Made by a program: the position numbers and the translations under genes. The notes beneath the pieces were generated by a model. That model was given only the letters and a program-made list of their open reading frames with translations, was not told the origin of the DNA and did no database searches. Shown here piece after piece: positions 28,138 to 39,568 of a stretch of 64,000 nt of DNA. Numbering within the stretch: the first letter of the stretch is position 1; each line of letters opens with the position of its first letter. The stretch comes from Methanobacteriota archaeon (lineage in GTDB: Archaea > Thermoplasmatota > Poseidoniia > Poseidoniales > Poseidoniaceae), in the NCBI GenBank assembly GCA_018650165.1, contig JABIGM010000035.1, positions 1 to 64,000 on the forward strand, written 5' to 3'.

Positions 28138-29265
28138 TCAGTGTAGAAGGCCCCAAGAGTGCTCTGCATTACCGCGAATAACCCCCCAATCCTTTCGTGT
28201 TCGAATTCCTTTTTCATCATCAATTTCTAATTTCACGACTTCTAGAGGATACTCATTGTAGGTTAGATGGGATGTGAGCCCCCCCCTAGTTGGTTGGTCA
28301 AAAGTCCAATGAGCTCTTGTGACAGCCTTTGCCTCAATTCGTATTTCTGAAACACCATTCCACATATGGACATGAAAAGTTGGCAAACCAGCAGCATTGC
28401 ATGTACGTTCGACTCTAACTTCACCAAATTTTTCACTTCGGTTACGGCTAGCATCATGAAACAATCCCCCCATCGATAAAGGTAGGTGGGCAATGTCTCT
28501 TCGCTTCCATGGTTGTGAATCACGTGCAGTTATTGTTGGTGAAAGATGGGGTAAGAACCAATCGATGTATGAGCCATCATCTAAGTGTAACATTCCCCAA
28601 AACCAAGGTGGTGATGGAGCCTGTACACACACTTTCTGGAAGTATGCGGTCCCGTTGACCTCTTCACCGTCAATTGTTCCGCTACATAGCGAACCGTGCA
28701 AACGAGATATACCATATCCCATTCCCATTCCATATTCGGCTTGAGCTACCTTCAGGCTTGACATGGCACGGTTCCATGGGCGCATTTCCAAATCGAAATC
28801 ACCGTATTCTGTATCTAAGCGCAGCCAGAATTTGCCTTCGTCAGGTTTTAGTCCCATCGAAAATTCCTTTTCAGTGTGGGATGCTACGATGCCCCCTTTG
28901 TCATGGGGCCATTCTGGATGACCTTCTGCGAGAACAATTATTCTGCTTTCCTCAAGAATTAGTGGCTCAATCATGTTTTCACCATCATACCACCAAGCAG
29001 CAATCATGCCATCCATGGCTATTGCCCCGTCTTCATCAAATCCGGGTCTGCCCACCGGTGTCCACGGGTGACCGTTAACTTCGACAAGTGGGTTATCTTT
29101 GGTCGACCAAAGTACCATCAGTTGTTTGCCAGCGGACCTCTCATCTCCGTCATCTAGCATTACTAACCACCACCACCAATCCCAGGTCAGGTGGTGAATT
29201 GGAGGTAGATTTTGTAGTTTCCACAGGCTTGACAAATCACCTTCAAAGCGGTCCATCTTCACCAT
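28138..29265 (-). CDS. Trp-rich beta-barrel protein (tocopherol-cyclase/CrtC/AttH-like, tentative)
   Basis: ATG 29265 overlaps the upstream TAA (TAATG). WDWWWWL, GTAYFQK, PWFWGML; alternating beta-strand pattern. Family call is weak. Confidence 0.5.
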   Translation of the reverse strand: MVKMDRFEGDLSSLWKLQNLPPIHHLTWDWWWWLVMLDDGDERSAGKQLMVLWSTKDNPLVEVNGHPWTPVGRPGFDEDGAIAMDGMIAAWWYDGENMIEPLILEESRIIVLAEGHPEWPHDKGGIVASHTEKEFSMGLKPDEGKFWLRLDTEYGDFDLEMRPWNRAMSSLKVAQAEYGMGMGYGISRLHGSLCSGTIDGEEVNGTAYFQKVCVQAPSPPWFWGMLHLDDGSYIDWFLPHLSPTITARDSQPWKRRDIAHLPLSMGGLFHDASRNRSEKFGEVRVERTCNAAGLPTFHVHMWNGVSEIRIEAKAVTRAHWTFDQPTRGGLTSHLTYNEYPLEVVKLEIDDEKGIRTRKDWGVIRGNAEHSWGLLH

Positions 29266-30584
29266 TAATTCACTTCCTTGCCTTTGAAAATAATCTGGCC
29301 GATAAACCATGCCATTATTCCTTGGAATAGCAGGATTGCAGTTGCTATTACAAATGCAACCCATTCGCTAACACCTAGGCCGCTCTTCCCGCTGAATGCA
29401 AGGAGCGGTTCAGCGCCGGGTAATGACTCATAACTCATTTGGCCTAACCAATTTTCTTCCCCATGGCCACCACCCCATAATCCTATTTCGATTAACTGCC
29501 AATTATCCGGCCAACAAACAGCAACTCCTGCATCAACGATGATCATACCCCAGCCAATTACCGAGAAGTAACGGATTGCAGAGTCTCCTCCTGAAAGAAT
29601 CGCAACAAAGGTCATTCCTAATTCCCACGCTGCAAATAGTATGGCGAGGATTACTCCGTTTTTCCATATGATTCCAAAGCCACAAAAAATAGTTCCATAC
29701 ACTAAGGAAACCATCATCGCAGCCCATGCAATAGACATCCAAACTCCTAGGTCTGCCCATCTGAATATACCGTCGCTTGGTCCAGTAAAACCAGTGATAA
29801 GAGCGAGCACAAAACACAACCCTAGTATGAAAGGCCAAGTTATTCCAAGATATCCTAGCATTCTGTAGAGAAGTACTTCTCCACGTGCTATTGGTTTCGC
29901 TAACATATAGTGAATTGTTCCTTCAGTCATCTCTTCGCGAATCAATCCTGTAGCGAGGAATAGTGGTAGGAAGATTCCTAGAAGGAATACTATTCCGAAC
30001 TTACCAATTCCAAGAATGAACGATCTATGTCCGGCTTCTTTTCCATATTTTTCTTCATCAGGATCCTCATCGACCCCATTATCAGAATCAATTTCTACAG
30101 TTCCCTTGATTGTATCAACGTTGACAACAATGTCACAATCAATACCGTTTTCATTTCCATCGCGTTGGCTGCTGGTGTCTTGGCTTTGGCAGTCGCCATC
30201 ATCATCTTCACCAACATAATTCTCTCCATTGGCCAGCACATCCCAGTCAATATCATCCTCATTAATCCATTTTTCAGGAGGGTCCGGTTCAACCCAATCG
30301 GGATATGATTCAGGTGAATTAGGATTTGTTCCTTCTAACCATTCTTGGCCATCTGGATAGCCGTCACCATCCGAATCAAATGAATCTCCATCGTTGTCTT
30401 TTGCTTCGATTTCAGTATTCATTGCATCAATATAGAATAATAGCATCAAGAAGATGGCTACTACCGATGCTCCCATGACTGCCCATGTTGAAATTCTAGT
30501 CCGGTACTGGCGCATAGTAAATTCGGCAATCGCAGTAGATTTACGATCTAATTTTGACCAAATAGTGTCCATGCGGCTACTCAT
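29265..30584 (-). CDS. ABC-2-type permease with acidic DxDxDG-rich extracellular loop
   Basis: GLIREEMTEGTIHYMLAKPIARGEV; loop DNDGDSFDSDGDGYPDGQE. Confidence 0.85.
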   Translation of the reverse strand: MSSRMDTIWSKLDRKSTAIAEFTMRQYRTRISTWAVMGASVVAIFLMLLFYIDAMNTEIEAKDNDGDSFDSDGDGYPDGQEWLEGTNPNSPESYPDWVEPDPPEKWINEDDIDWDVLANGENYVGEDDDGDCQSQDTSSQRDGNENGIDCDIVVNVDTIKGTVEIDSDNGVDEDPDEEKYGKEAGHRSFILGIGKFGIVFLLGIFLPLFLATGLIREEMTEGTIHYMLAKPIARGEVLLYRMLGYLGITWPFILGLCFVLALITGFTGPSDGIFRWADLGVWMSIAWAAMMVSLVYGTIFCGFGIIWKNGVILAILFAAWELGMTFVAILSGGDSAIRYFSVIGWGMIIVDAGVAVCWPDNWQLIEIGLWGGGHGEENWLGQMSYESLPGAEPLLAFSGKSGLGVSEWVAFVIATAILLFQGIMAWFIGQIIFKGKEVN

Positions 30585-31570
30585 GCAGAACCCCCTGTGA
30601 GGTACATTAGAATTGATTGAAGGTCATCATCCGGATTGTCAATTCCAGTAACAATTTGTCCGCTATCAACTATAACTTTGGGTAATTTTTTGTGCATTTC
30701 ACCAAGATGCCTAGTCTCGATAAGAAGTGCTGCAGGGTTTGAAAAAGATAGCCCAGTTACTTCATCCATGTCAACAATCGCTTTTGCCAATTCGCGAGGT
30801 TGGTTACAATCCAATAGGATTTTGTGCGGGTGCTGGTCAAGCATTTCTCTAATTGCATGCGAGTTTCCGAGAGCTAGAACTCTACCCCGATGCAGAATTA
30901 CAATTTGTTCAGTTATTCTCTCAATTTCATGGAGTATATGGCTTGAAACCAGAACGGTTCTACCCATTGCTCCCAGTTCTTTGATGACATTCATTATGGT
31001 TGTACGTGCAAGAGGGTCACATCCCTGAAGTGGCTCGTCTAAGACTATCAATTCGGGGTCGTTGACCAAGGCATGAGCAATCTTTACCCGTTGCCTCATG
31101 CCCTTTGAAAACTGGCCGATGCGTTTGTGCATTACTTCATCTAACGAAACGAATTTCAGTACCCTAGTTGCTTCAATACTTGCTTCATCCCGTGTCATAC
31201 CATGTAGCCGTGCAAAGGTAGTGATGAAATCTAACGCAGTCATCCAGTCATACATCTTTTCATGTTCTGGAACAAAACCAACACGTGAATAGGGGGCTGG
31301 GTTCTTCCAAGGGTCTGTGCCAAACAATCGTATTGCACCAGAACTTGGTTTTATTTTGCCCATCATTAATTTGAAAAACGTGGATTTACCTGCGCCATTC
31401 ATCCCAAGGATACCAGTGACTCCACCTGATAGTCCAATCGAAACTCCGCTAAGTGCATTGATTCGGCCATAGGTTTTGGAGACTCTATCAAACATCACAA
31501 CAGGAGTATTTTCCACTGGTTGCCACTGTTGTGTTTCGGCCTTTCCATGCTGAGTCATATCCGGCATCAT
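30581..31570 (-). CDS. ABC transporter ATP-binding protein
   Basis: GMNGAGKST, FSKGMRQR, VLDEP, SSH. Confidence 0.95.
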   Translation of the reverse strand: MMPDMTQHGKAETQQWQPVENTPVVMFDRVSKTYGRINALSGVSIGLSGGVTGILGMNGAGKSTFFKLMMGKIKPSSGAIRLFGTDPWKNPAPYSRVGFVPEHEKMYDWMTALDFITTFARLHGMTRDEASIEATRVLKFVSLDEVMHKRIGQFSKGMRQRVKIAHALVNDPELIVLDEPLQGCDPLARTTIMNVIKELGAMGRTVLVSSHILHEIERITEQIVILHRGRVLALGNSHAIREMLDQHPHKILLDCNQPRELAKAIVDMDEVTGLSFSNPAALLIETRHLGEMHKKLPKVIVDSGQIVTGIDNPDDDLQSILMYLTGGSA

Positions 31571-32616
31571 TCTCTAGTCACCTCCAATGAAGAGACTCGA
31601 TTTGCTAACAAATACAGTGCTAGGCCATTCATTACAACAACGGAAATCAAACTCCATACCCACGGGTGGTCATATGTCATTTCGGTACCGATTAGCGCTT
31701 GACACACATGGGCAACCGCATCATAGGGCGAGATCACATAGAGTACAGATTTGTCAAATAATCCATCAATTATTGCAGCCATAGATTTGGTCCCCATCAG
31801 GATGGCAATCAAACCAATCGCAGGGAAGAATCTACCTCTAGAGACGCTTGAAAGTGCCAATCCGATTGAGGTGTAAGTGAAAGAGAGTATGATGCCACAA
31901 AGGAATGTTGCCATGAACATAGGGAATGTATCAATAATCCACGACCAACCTTTACCCATTACTAAAATATCAACAAAATAGTACACAGCAAGTGTTCCGT
32001 TGATTACGAAGAATAAAATTAAACCAACCGATAAGAATTTCATAGCAGCATAATCAAATCGATTAATTGGGCGAGAGAAATACATTGCACTTGTCCCATT
32101 CGCCCTATCTTCCGAAATCATTCCACCTACAAGCAGGGCAGCAATAATTGGATACCATAGAATATTTCGGGGAAAGAATCCCATTACATGACCATACATA
32201 TTGTCACGATTTACACCCCATATGTCGTAGAGGGTAGTATCGCCAATCATACCAAAGAGAAGAGCCATTGCAGCATCGGTCATCGATGCGATGACTACGA
32301 AGAAAATGAATAATTTAGTGGGGACATTCCATGGGCGGTGACCCTTTGAAACAATACCTAAGACATGGTGTCGTAAAATCGCCCAATTCCGCATCCATCT
32401 AGGATTTAGGGTTCCATTCCATGGCTGGTATATTTGTTGAAAAATCTGGCCTGTTGGCATTGAAGCTACTTGTGCAGTCGACTCGGCATTTTCTACATCA
32501 GATGACCATGCTGCCTGCATTTTTGTCTGACCTGTAACCGGTGTTTCGGAACCAAATGTTTCGTTTTTGGTTGGTTCAGGTTCAAATGGTTCTCCGGGGC
32601 TCTTGATTTCTGACAT
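31567..32616 (-). CDS. ABC-2-type permease
   Basis: ISEDRANGTSAMYFSRPINRFDYAAMK; about six TM helices. Confidence 0.85.
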   Translation of the reverse strand: MSEIKSPGEPFEPEPTKNETFGSETPVTGQTKMQAAWSSDVENAESTAQVASMPTGQIFQQIYQPWNGTLNPRWMRNWAILRHHVLGIVSKGHRPWNVPTKLFIFFVVIASMTDAAMALLFGMIGDTTLYDIWGVNRDNMYGHVMGFFPRNILWYPIIAALLVGGMISEDRANGTSAMYFSRPINRFDYAAMKFLSVGLILFFVINGTLAVYYFVDILVMGKGWSWIIDTFPMFMATFLCGIILSFTYTSIGLALSSVSRGRFFPAIGLIAILMGTKSMAAIIDGLFDKSVLYVISPYDAVAHVCQALIGTEMTYDHPWVWSLISVVVMNGLALYLLANRVSSLEVTRE

Positions 32617-33576
32617 TCAAGCACCTCCCAACAAGTCTTCACTACTCTTGACATCGTGCCCTAAGCGCTCCATTATCACAAGGAATAAGTCCTCTAAACT
32701 AGCCTCATAGTCATGCATCCTTCGTACTTGAGAGCCAACATCTGCAGCAGTCTGCAAAATTAAGTCATAGGTCTCATCTCCGGAGTGGCCAATTCGCATC
32801 ACGCGCCCTTCTCGCCTAACGCGCAACCCTCTGTCAGAGAGAGTCTCTTCCATCTTTGTAGCCGAGCCCCATACATGAATTTCCACTTCACGGTCAATCG
32901 CTTTCAGATCTTCGATTTTCCCCTGAGCAGCTAATTTTCCTTTGTGTAATAGTACAATATTATCGCAGACTCTTTCAACATCATCCATCAAGTGAGAAGC
33001 CATTAGAACCGAACGCCCTCCGTTTTTGACAGTTGTATTTAGGGTATTTAGCATGAAGTTCCGAGTAAAAGCGTCGAGCCCGTTGCTTGGTTCATCTGCA
33101 ATTATTAGGGCAGGGTCATGGATTAGTGCGCATGCTAACTTAGTAGCCTGTTTCATACCAGTTGAGAATGTTGATACTTGACGATACCTCTGTTCGCCCA
33201 GGCCAACATACTCGAGAGATTGGTGGGCGCGCTGGAGCGCAATGCTTGGATTCATTCCCATTAATTCTCCACTATATCTTACCTGATGAATTGCATCCAT
33301 GCCGGGGTTTAGTGCATCATATTCAGGCATATATCCTATTTTCTGTCGTATTTGGTCACCTTGAGTTCTGATGTCGTGGCCCAATACCTTACCATCACCC
33401 GAAGTCACCTGTATTAGCCCAAGTATTGTCTTGAGGAAAGTGGATTTGCCCGCTCCATTTGGGCCAAGCAATCCGGTTGCCCCTTGATGTATTTCGATAT
33501 CGAGAGAATCTAAGGCCACATGGGGCCCATACGCTTTGGTTAGGGCGGTGGATTCGATAACTAAATCTCCGACCAT
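32617..33576 (-). CDS. ABC transporter ATP-binding protein
   Basis: GPNGAGKST, FSTGMKQ, IADEP, ASH; ATG 33576. Confidence 0.95.
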   Translation of the reverse strand: MVGDLVIESTALTKAYGPHVALDSLDIEIHQGATGLLGPNGAGKSTFLKTILGLIQVTSGDGKVLGHDIRTQGDQIRQKIGYMPEYDALNPGMDAIHQVRYSGELMGMNPSIALQRAHQSLEYVGLGEQRYRQVSTFSTGMKQATKLACALIHDPALIIADEPSNGLDAFTRNFMLNTLNTTVKNGGRSVLMASHLMDDVERVCDNIVLLHKGKLAAQGKIEDLKAIDREVEIHVWGSATKMEETLSDRGLRVRREGRVMRIGHSGDETYDLILQTAADVGSQVRRMHDYEASLEDLFLVIMERLGHDVKSSEDLLGGA

Positions 33577-33616
33577 GTATGTGACACAGTGAGATGGGCC
33601 CTTGAATATGCCCCTT

Positions 33617-35788
33617 TCAGGGGCAGCCTTCACGTACTTTTACTGCTATACCTTTTGTGAATGACTCCATCTCTCCAGATGTTGCTTGAGAACGACCGAT
33701 TGCTACCAACTCTCCCGAAGAATTTACGATTAATACCGATTCATCTGGACGAATCCAAGAATCACATGCGAGAATGAATCCGTGCATCACATTACGTCCT
33801 TCTCTGACAAATGGTTCCGCATCATCATCAATGATTACCCATGCAGGTCCATTTCCTGGGTAGAGCGATTTGTCGGCTGAATTGAAGCCTATTGGTGCCG
33901 GCACTTTGCGCAATGCATGTAGCACTCGCGCCCCGTCTACAGTCAGAGAAATCCCCCCCTCTGCAAGACGAGGTGAAAACAAGTGGGACTCAGAAGCATC
34001 AATCACATTTCTGATTCTTCCAGTACGGCTCATCACAAATGTTGCATCTTCACAAATTCCGATAGCGTCATCTTGGTCTACATTACAAAGAACGCACAGT
34101 TTGTCAACTACCTGCGCCTGCAATTTTTCTATCGGAGTGCGTTCTTTTGGCTCAATCCCTAGTTGTTTGAATACTCGGCTGTGTAATTCTTCCGTATCGG
34201 AAATGTCAACAGGAATTATTCTTCGATTGTGAATTCCAAACATACCTAATTCCCTTTGAATCGCAGCAAAGTTAGGTTTCCTTTTCCAAAGCCAATCTGG
34301 GCCTTCGATATGGGCCCAGGGGTTGAGGTCTTCGAGCCCCCAAGGTACGAGGCCGAGTGGTGTTTGAACAAATAATTCAAAATCAGTCGACCAAATTCTA
34401 TCGACCAATTCTCCAATTCTTTCCCTCCAAGGCGCACTTGCTCCATGAAATATTACAACGTCTCCCGATTTACGTGATTTCCATCGCGAAAACAATCGTT
34501 TTCTTGCCATTTCGATATGTGGCCGATGGTGTGTGTCTTGTCCACCCCACGATTCACTGCCATTACGAGGAGTGGTTTGGGCATTGACTAGCCAATCCCA
34601 GTTTTCTTCCCACTTGCCACGCTCTGTACCAATTTCTTTCGCCGCAGAAACCTCATCCATAATAATCGGCTCCATCGAAGACCGAGCCGGATTGGTAACG
34701 AGCCATAGGAATGCTTCTCTTAGTGCGGGGTGTTGATGACTCCTACGCTCTGCTAAGCGCCAAATTGTCCCGTCTCTGATCGCTTGTCGACACCTCGACA
34801 TTTCCTGAAGAGTAATTTCCAGATTGTATTTTGAAAGGATGACTGTTCGTTCTTGTTTTTTCATGGCTCTTACTTCTGCAGGGGTAATATTGGCAATGGC
34901 TGGCATAATAATTGGCCACTCTTCAATGTTGGATATTTTTTCCGTACCCCAAGGCATCAGCAATCTTCCATCCCTTGCGAACAGAACATATGCTGCAGAA
35001 TCAAATAAATCGGCACCCATAGCGACAAGCATAGGAAAGAGCATTGGATGGCCACAACCAAACATGTGAACCGGCTTGTTGGGCGGAAGATTCGATTTAC
35101 AAGCTAGCATTATTTTTGCAAGATCTCGATACTTTTGTTGCTCCATGATAGGAACAATCCCACCAATTGGATGGATGCTGAAATCTAACGCTCCCATACC
35201 GCGTGCACTTTTCGACCGTAATTCAGGGAATAGGCCTCCCTGAATTGGCCCATTTAGCATCGTTTCGTTTGCTGTTTTTATCGAAATATCGCTGCGCCGA
35301 ATCGTTTCATCAACCGCTTTTTCAACCTGTGCAAAGGTCATGTCAGGGCGGGTAAAAATATCCAACATTGTTGCTATGTCTACTCCAATGTCCTTTTGGA
35401 ATTGAACTATTTCTTCAACCCCTACCTCGACATCCCCATAGACATAAGATTGGAATGTACCCGAATCGGTCATAATAACGCCGGGAAAATCGATTAGTGA
35501 GTGAACGCCTTCTTTGAGGGCTTCTTCCTTCAGGTTTTCATGCTTCCAAATTACATATGAGTTTGTTATTAGGGCCTGAATTCCATATTTATCCCACATT
35601 TCGCGCGGCTCAATTGTGCGTATATTTGGATTAATCACTGGTAGTAAGCATGGTGTTTCTAAGACACCGTGCGCAGTATGTAATTTACCTAACCGTGCTT
35701 GCCCATCACGTCCGTATATCTCAAAACGTCCAAGGTCTTTTTCGCGGCATTTCGCCGGCCCATCTCGCCGTCCGTCTTGCCACTTCAT
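33617..35788 (-). CDS. tgtA: Archaeosine tRNA-guanine(15) transglycosylase with PUA domain
   Basis: ETPCLLPVINP, MTDSGTFQ, HMFGCGHP, DLFDSAAY, C-terminal PUA (GRNVMHGFI...GIAVKVREG); exact start uncertain. Confidence 0.93.
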   Translation of the reverse strand: MKWQDGRRDGPAKCREKDLGRFEIYGRDGQARLGKLHTAHGVLETPCLLPVINPNIRTIEPREMWDKYGIQALITNSYVIWKHENLKEEALKEGVHSLIDFPGVIMTDSGTFQSYVYGDVEVGVEEIVQFQKDIGVDIATMLDIFTRPDMTFAQVEKAVDETIRRSDISIKTANETMLNGPIQGGLFPELRSKSARGMGALDFSIHPIGGIVPIMEQQKYRDLAKIMLACKSNLPPNKPVHMFGCGHPMLFPMLVAMGADLFDSAAYVLFARDGRLLMPWGTEKISNIEEWPIIMPAIANITPAEVRAMKKQERTVILSKYNLEITLQEMSRCRQAIRDGTIWRLAERRSHQHPALREAFLWLVTNPARSSMEPIIMDEVSAAKEIGTERGKWEENWDWLVNAQTTPRNGSESWGGQDTHHRPHIEMARKRLFSRWKSRKSGDVVIFHGASAPWRERIGELVDRIWSTDFELFVQTPLGLVPWGLEDLNPWAHIEGPDWLWKRKPNFAAIQRELGMFGIHNRRIIPVDISDTEELHSRVFKQLGIEPKERTPIEKLQAQVVDKLCVLCNVDQDDAIGICEDATFVMSRTGRIRNVIDASESHLFSPRLAEGGISLTVDGARVLHALRKVPAPIGFNSADKSLYPGNGPAWVIIDDDAEPFVREGRNVMHGFILACDSWIRPDESVLIVNSSGELVAIGRSQATSGEMESFTKGIAVKVREGCP

Positions 35789-35864
35789 GTCTGGCCGTCA
35801 TACACTTTGGGCATCAACCTTCTTGTTGTAACTAAGTGACCAATGTTTTGCTAATCTAAGCCAG

Positions 35865-36302
35865 TCACACGAAGTCAACCTTTCCATAACTCAGGATAAA
35901 TTCTCTACCAAGTTCATCAAAGGTATCCAATAGACTTGCAGAAAAGCTTACTTTGGATATTTCATTATCCGCCTCTAAATCATCTTTGACACCTTGCAAT
36001 GTTCCAGGGGCTGCTCCACAAGATAAGCACGCCCCAGTTAGATCTAGTACCAAGTCTAATCCTTCATCGAGCACATCACAACTAGTGACTGCAATCCCCC
36101 CTCCGTGTCCATCGAGAGCGGCACGGACAGGACCTAATCGAGCTAATAATGCGGGAACCAATTCTTCCATGCCAAGAAGTGATGTTTCCCTCAAAATTTC
36201 ATCCTCGATTGGATTCGAAGTTTCGGCAATTCTCCTGTTGGCTTCAACTGCCATTGCTGCTGCGGCCTCTTGGCGGTATTGCGCAAGAAGGTCATCATCC
36301 AT
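35865..36302 (-). CDS. NifU/NfuA-family Fe-S carrier
   Basis: VRAALDGHGGGI...LTGACLSCG; ATG 36302; divergent from sufC. Confidence 0.88.
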   Translation of the reverse strand: MDDDLLAQYRQEAAAAMAVEANRRIAETSNPIEDEILRETSLLGMEELVPALLARLGPVRAALDGHGGGIAVTSCDVLDEGLDLVLDLTGACLSCGAAPGTLQGVKDDLEADNEISKVSFSASLLDTFDELGREFILSYGKVDFV

Positions 36303-36394
36303 ATAGTGGCGTTTGGCTTGGTCTTCATGAACCCTCGCTTTACGAGTTTTCACCCCGTACAGTCCTTGATAAAGGGGTGGCTGTAGGATGAAAC

Positions 36395-37135
36395 ATGGGA
36401 GACGAAGTATTGAGTATCGACGGTCTCCACGTGAGTGTTGATGGTACTGAGATAATCAAAGGATTGTCACTGACTATCAATATCGGCGAGATACATGCTA
36501 TCATGGGACGAAATGGAGCCGGTAAATCCACTTTAGCAAATGTTGTAATGGGCCACCCTGCCTATGAAATCACAGCAGGAACCATTGCTTTCAAAGGGGT
36601 AGACCTTGATGAGATGGAAGTATTCGAAAGGGCAAGGGCTGGCATGTTTCTGTCATTCCAATATCCCGCTTCAATTCCTGGTGTACAGGTCGGAACTTTC
36701 CTTCGTAAATCAGTTTCTTCTGTGAGAGGCAACTCCGCTCCAAGTGCAAGAGATTTCAGGAAGGAATTAATGGGTCATATGGACTCATTGAATATGGATA
36801 AATCATTTCTTTCACGTTATGTCAATGATGGATTTAGTGGCGGTGAAAAGAAACGCCTTGAAATTCTTCAAATGCTACTATTAAATCCCAGCCTCGCTTT
36901 ACTTGATGAAACCGATTCCGGATTAGATATCGATGCTTTGCGAGTTGTAGCCGATGGAATCAACAGTATCGCACCAGAAGCCGGTTGCCTATTGATCACC
37001 CACTACCAGAGATTACTCGAACATGTCAAACCAGATTTTGTTCATGTAATGATTGATGGTAGAATCGTGCGAACAGGTAGCGCCGAACTCGCAGGTGAAT
37101 TAGAAGCCAAAGGATACGATTGGTTAGAAGCATAA
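36395..37135 (+). CDS. sufC: Fe-S cluster assembly ATPase SufC
   Basis: [45 protein letters not shown]. Confidence 0.97.
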   Translation: MGDEVLSIDGLHVSVDGTEIIKGLSLTINIGEIHAIMGRNGAGKSTLANVVMGHPAYEITAGTIAFKGVDLDEMEVFERARAGMFLSFQYPASIPGVQVGTFLRKSVSSVRGNSAPSARDFRKELMGHMDSLNMDKSFLSRYVNDGFSGGEKKRLEILQMLLLNPSLALLDETDSGLDIDALRVVADGINSIAPEAGCLLITHYQRLLEHVKPDFVHVMIDGRIVRTGSAELAGELEAKGYDWLEA

Positions 37136-37147
37136 GGTGGTGAGAGA

Positions 37148-38557
37148 TTGTCTGGAGATACTGCAAGAGATGCTGTTGGAGATTACCAATATGGTTTCCA
37201 CGATCCCGAAAACGCAACAATTCGCTTCGACAAAGGTTTATCCGAGCAAGTAGTTAGAGATATTTCTGAATTGAAAAACGAACCAGAATGGATGACTGAG
37301 ATTCGAATCAAGGCATATCGTCGATTCATCGAAATGCCAATGCCTACATGGGGTAATTGTGATATGTTAAATCAAATTGATTTTGATGCAGTAACTTATT
37401 TCCTACGTTCTTCAAAGGGAACTGAAAATGATTGGGACGACGTACCAGACGACATCAAGAATACATTCGAACGACTAGGAATTCCCGAAGCCGAGCAAAA
37501 ATGGCTTGGTGGAGTAACCGCTCAATATGAATCAGAGGCGGTTTACCATTCGATCAGAGAAGATTTAGAAGAGCAAGGAGTGTTGTTCTTAGACATGGAT
37601 TCTGGTTTGAGAGAATACCCTGAAATCGTAAAGAAATACTTCGCAACAGTTGTGCCTGCTAGCGATAACAAATTTTCTGCTCTCAACACTGCAGTTTGGT
37701 CCGGAGGTTCATTCATTTATGTGCCAAAAGGTGTCCACGTAGCAATGCCAGTCCAGGCATATTTCCGTATCAATGCAAAAAACATGGGTCAATTTGAGCG
37801 AACTTTAATCATCGCTGATGAAGGCTCATCAATCAATTATGTCGAAGGATGTACTGCTCCTACATATTCAACCGAGTCACTACACTCCGCAGTTGTGGAA
37901 TTAATTGCCATGGACGGAGCAAAAATACGATATTCAACAGTTCAAAATTGGTCTGCAAATGTTTACAACCTTGTTACAAAAAGAGGAGTTGCCTACGCTG
38001 ATGCCACAATTGAATGGGTTGATGGGAACATTGGTTCAAAATTAACCATGAAGTATCCTTCAGTTCTTCTCAAGGGTGAAGGTTCTCACGCAGAAGTAAT
38101 ATCAGTTGCGTATGCTGGAAAAGGTCAGCACCAAGATGCTGGTGCTAAAGTGCACCATCTCGCACCTAACACCACTTCGAATATTCTTTCAAAATCAATC
38201 TCAAAAAATGGTGGGCGCTCATCATATCGTGGCATGCTCCAGGTCACTCCAAAAGCACACGGTTGTCGTTCAAAAGTAGTCTGCGATGCACTCATGTTGG
38301 ACTCTGAGAGTCAATCGGACACCTATCCTACAATGGAAGTTGGAAATTCTAGTGCAGACTTGGAGCACGAGGCTAGCGTTTCTAAAGTCAGTAATGACCA
38401 GCTATTCTATCTGATGTCACGTGGGCACAGTGAGGCAGAAGCGATGGGAATGATTGTAAATGGATTCTTTGAACCATTTACTCGTGAATTACCGATGGAA
38501 TATGCAGTGGAACTCAATCGTCTTCTTGAATTGGAGATGGAGGGTGCAATTGGATGA
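37148..38557 (+). CDS. sufB: Fe-S cluster assembly protein SufB
   Basis: TTG start; [42 protein letters not shown]. Confidence 0.97.
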   Translation: MSGDTARDAVGDYQYGFHDPENATIRFDKGLSEQVVRDISELKNEPEWMTEIRIKAYRRFIEMPMPTWGNCDMLNQIDFDAVTYFLRSSKGTENDWDDVPDDIKNTFERLGIPEAEQKWLGGVTAQYESEAVYHSIREDLEEQGVLFLDMDSGLREYPEIVKKYFATVVPASDNKFSALNTAVWSGGSFIYVPKGVHVAMPVQAYFRINAKNMGQFERTLIIADEGSSINYVEGCTAPTYSTESLHSAVVELIAMDGAKIRYSTVQNWSANVYNLVTKRGVAYADATIEWVDGNIGSKLTMKYPSVLLKGEGSHAEVISVAYAGKGQHQDAGAKVHHLAPNTTSNILSKSISKNGGRSSYRGMLQVTPKAHGCRSKVVCDALMLDSESQSDTYPTMEVGNSSADLEHEASVSKVSNDQLFYLMSRGHSEAEAMGMIVNGFFEPFTRELPMEYAVELNRLLELEMEGAIG

Positions 38558-39564
38558 TGCAATATCCCAAAATCGCAATACCCCCACGTTCCGAACACCT
38601 TTGGCGCTATACTCCTTGGAAGAGGATTCATCCAACAAAGGTCGAAGAAATGCCGAGTGCAGATCCCATTCTGTTTTCTAGCGGTGCTGACTCAGCGATG
38701 AGTGATAGTGATGAAATCTCTCGTTCATTCATTCATTCAATCTCACGTATATGCAAGTTAGTCATGCTTGACAATGAGTTGCAAGAATTAGATTTACGTT
38801 GCTCAGGACATATTTGTGCAGGTGAACTTATTGTGAAATCTACCGGAGATTCGACTCTTATTGTGAGAGTTTCAGGTGATGCGGGTTGGACTGGCCTCCG
38901 AATCTCAGGTGATGTTAAAGGAACACTTTCTGTTGCTATTGTAAATGATTTGTCATGGAGTGGTCATCTTCTAAGGTGCGAAGATTGGAACGTCGGTAGA
39001 GACTCGACACTGGAGTTCGCCACACTCTCGGCGGGAGGATTCCTCAACAAGTCAGACATTCGTGTTTCTCTAATTCTGCCCGGTGCTGAAGTACGTGGTG
39101 GCATTGCTTCAAATGGTCACAGTAGCAGACATGATGACCATCATGTCGAGATTACACATAACTCAGGGCATACTAATTCATCTCTTGTAATGCATGCTGC
39201 CTGTGATGGTTCATCGCATTCAGTGGGAACCGGTTTACTCACTATTTGCGAAGGAGCGGGTGGAAGTGATGCGGGCCAAGTTTTCCGTAATCTTCTTCTT
39301 TCTGAAAAAGCAAGAGCAGAAGCAATTCCTGAATTGGAAGTTTTAGCTGACGATGTCAAAGCAGCTCATGGTGCTGCTAGCGCACCTGTGGATGTAAATC
39401 AAATTCATTATTTGTCATCTAGGGGTCTTTCACGAGAAGAAGCTTCGGCATTGATTGTTGAAGGATTTTTAATGGATGCATTCCGACATGTGAAAAATCA
39501 AGAAGTTATCGCGACACTCAGGACCCGACTATTGGTCCACCTTGAATGCCTAATCAGAGGGTGA
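38554..39564 (+). CDS. sufD: SufD-family protein
   Basis: [45 protein letters not shown]. Confidence 0.9.
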   Translation: MMQYPKIAIPPRSEHLWRYTPWKRIHPTKVEEMPSADPILFSSGADSAMSDSDEISRSFIHSISRICKLVMLDNELQELDLRCSGHICAGELIVKSTGDSTLIVRVSGDAGWTGLRISGDVKGTLSVAIVNDLSWSGHLLRCEDWNVGRDSTLEFATLSAGGFLNKSDIRVSLILPGAEVRGGIASNGHSSRHDDHHVEITHNSGHTNSSLVMHAACDGSSHSVGTGLLTICEGAGGSDAGQVFRNLLLSEKARAEAIPELEVLADDVKAAHGAASAPVDVNQIHYLSSRGLSREEASALIVEGFLMDAFRHVKNQEVIATLRTRLLVHLECLIRG

Positions 39565-39568
39565 TAGA

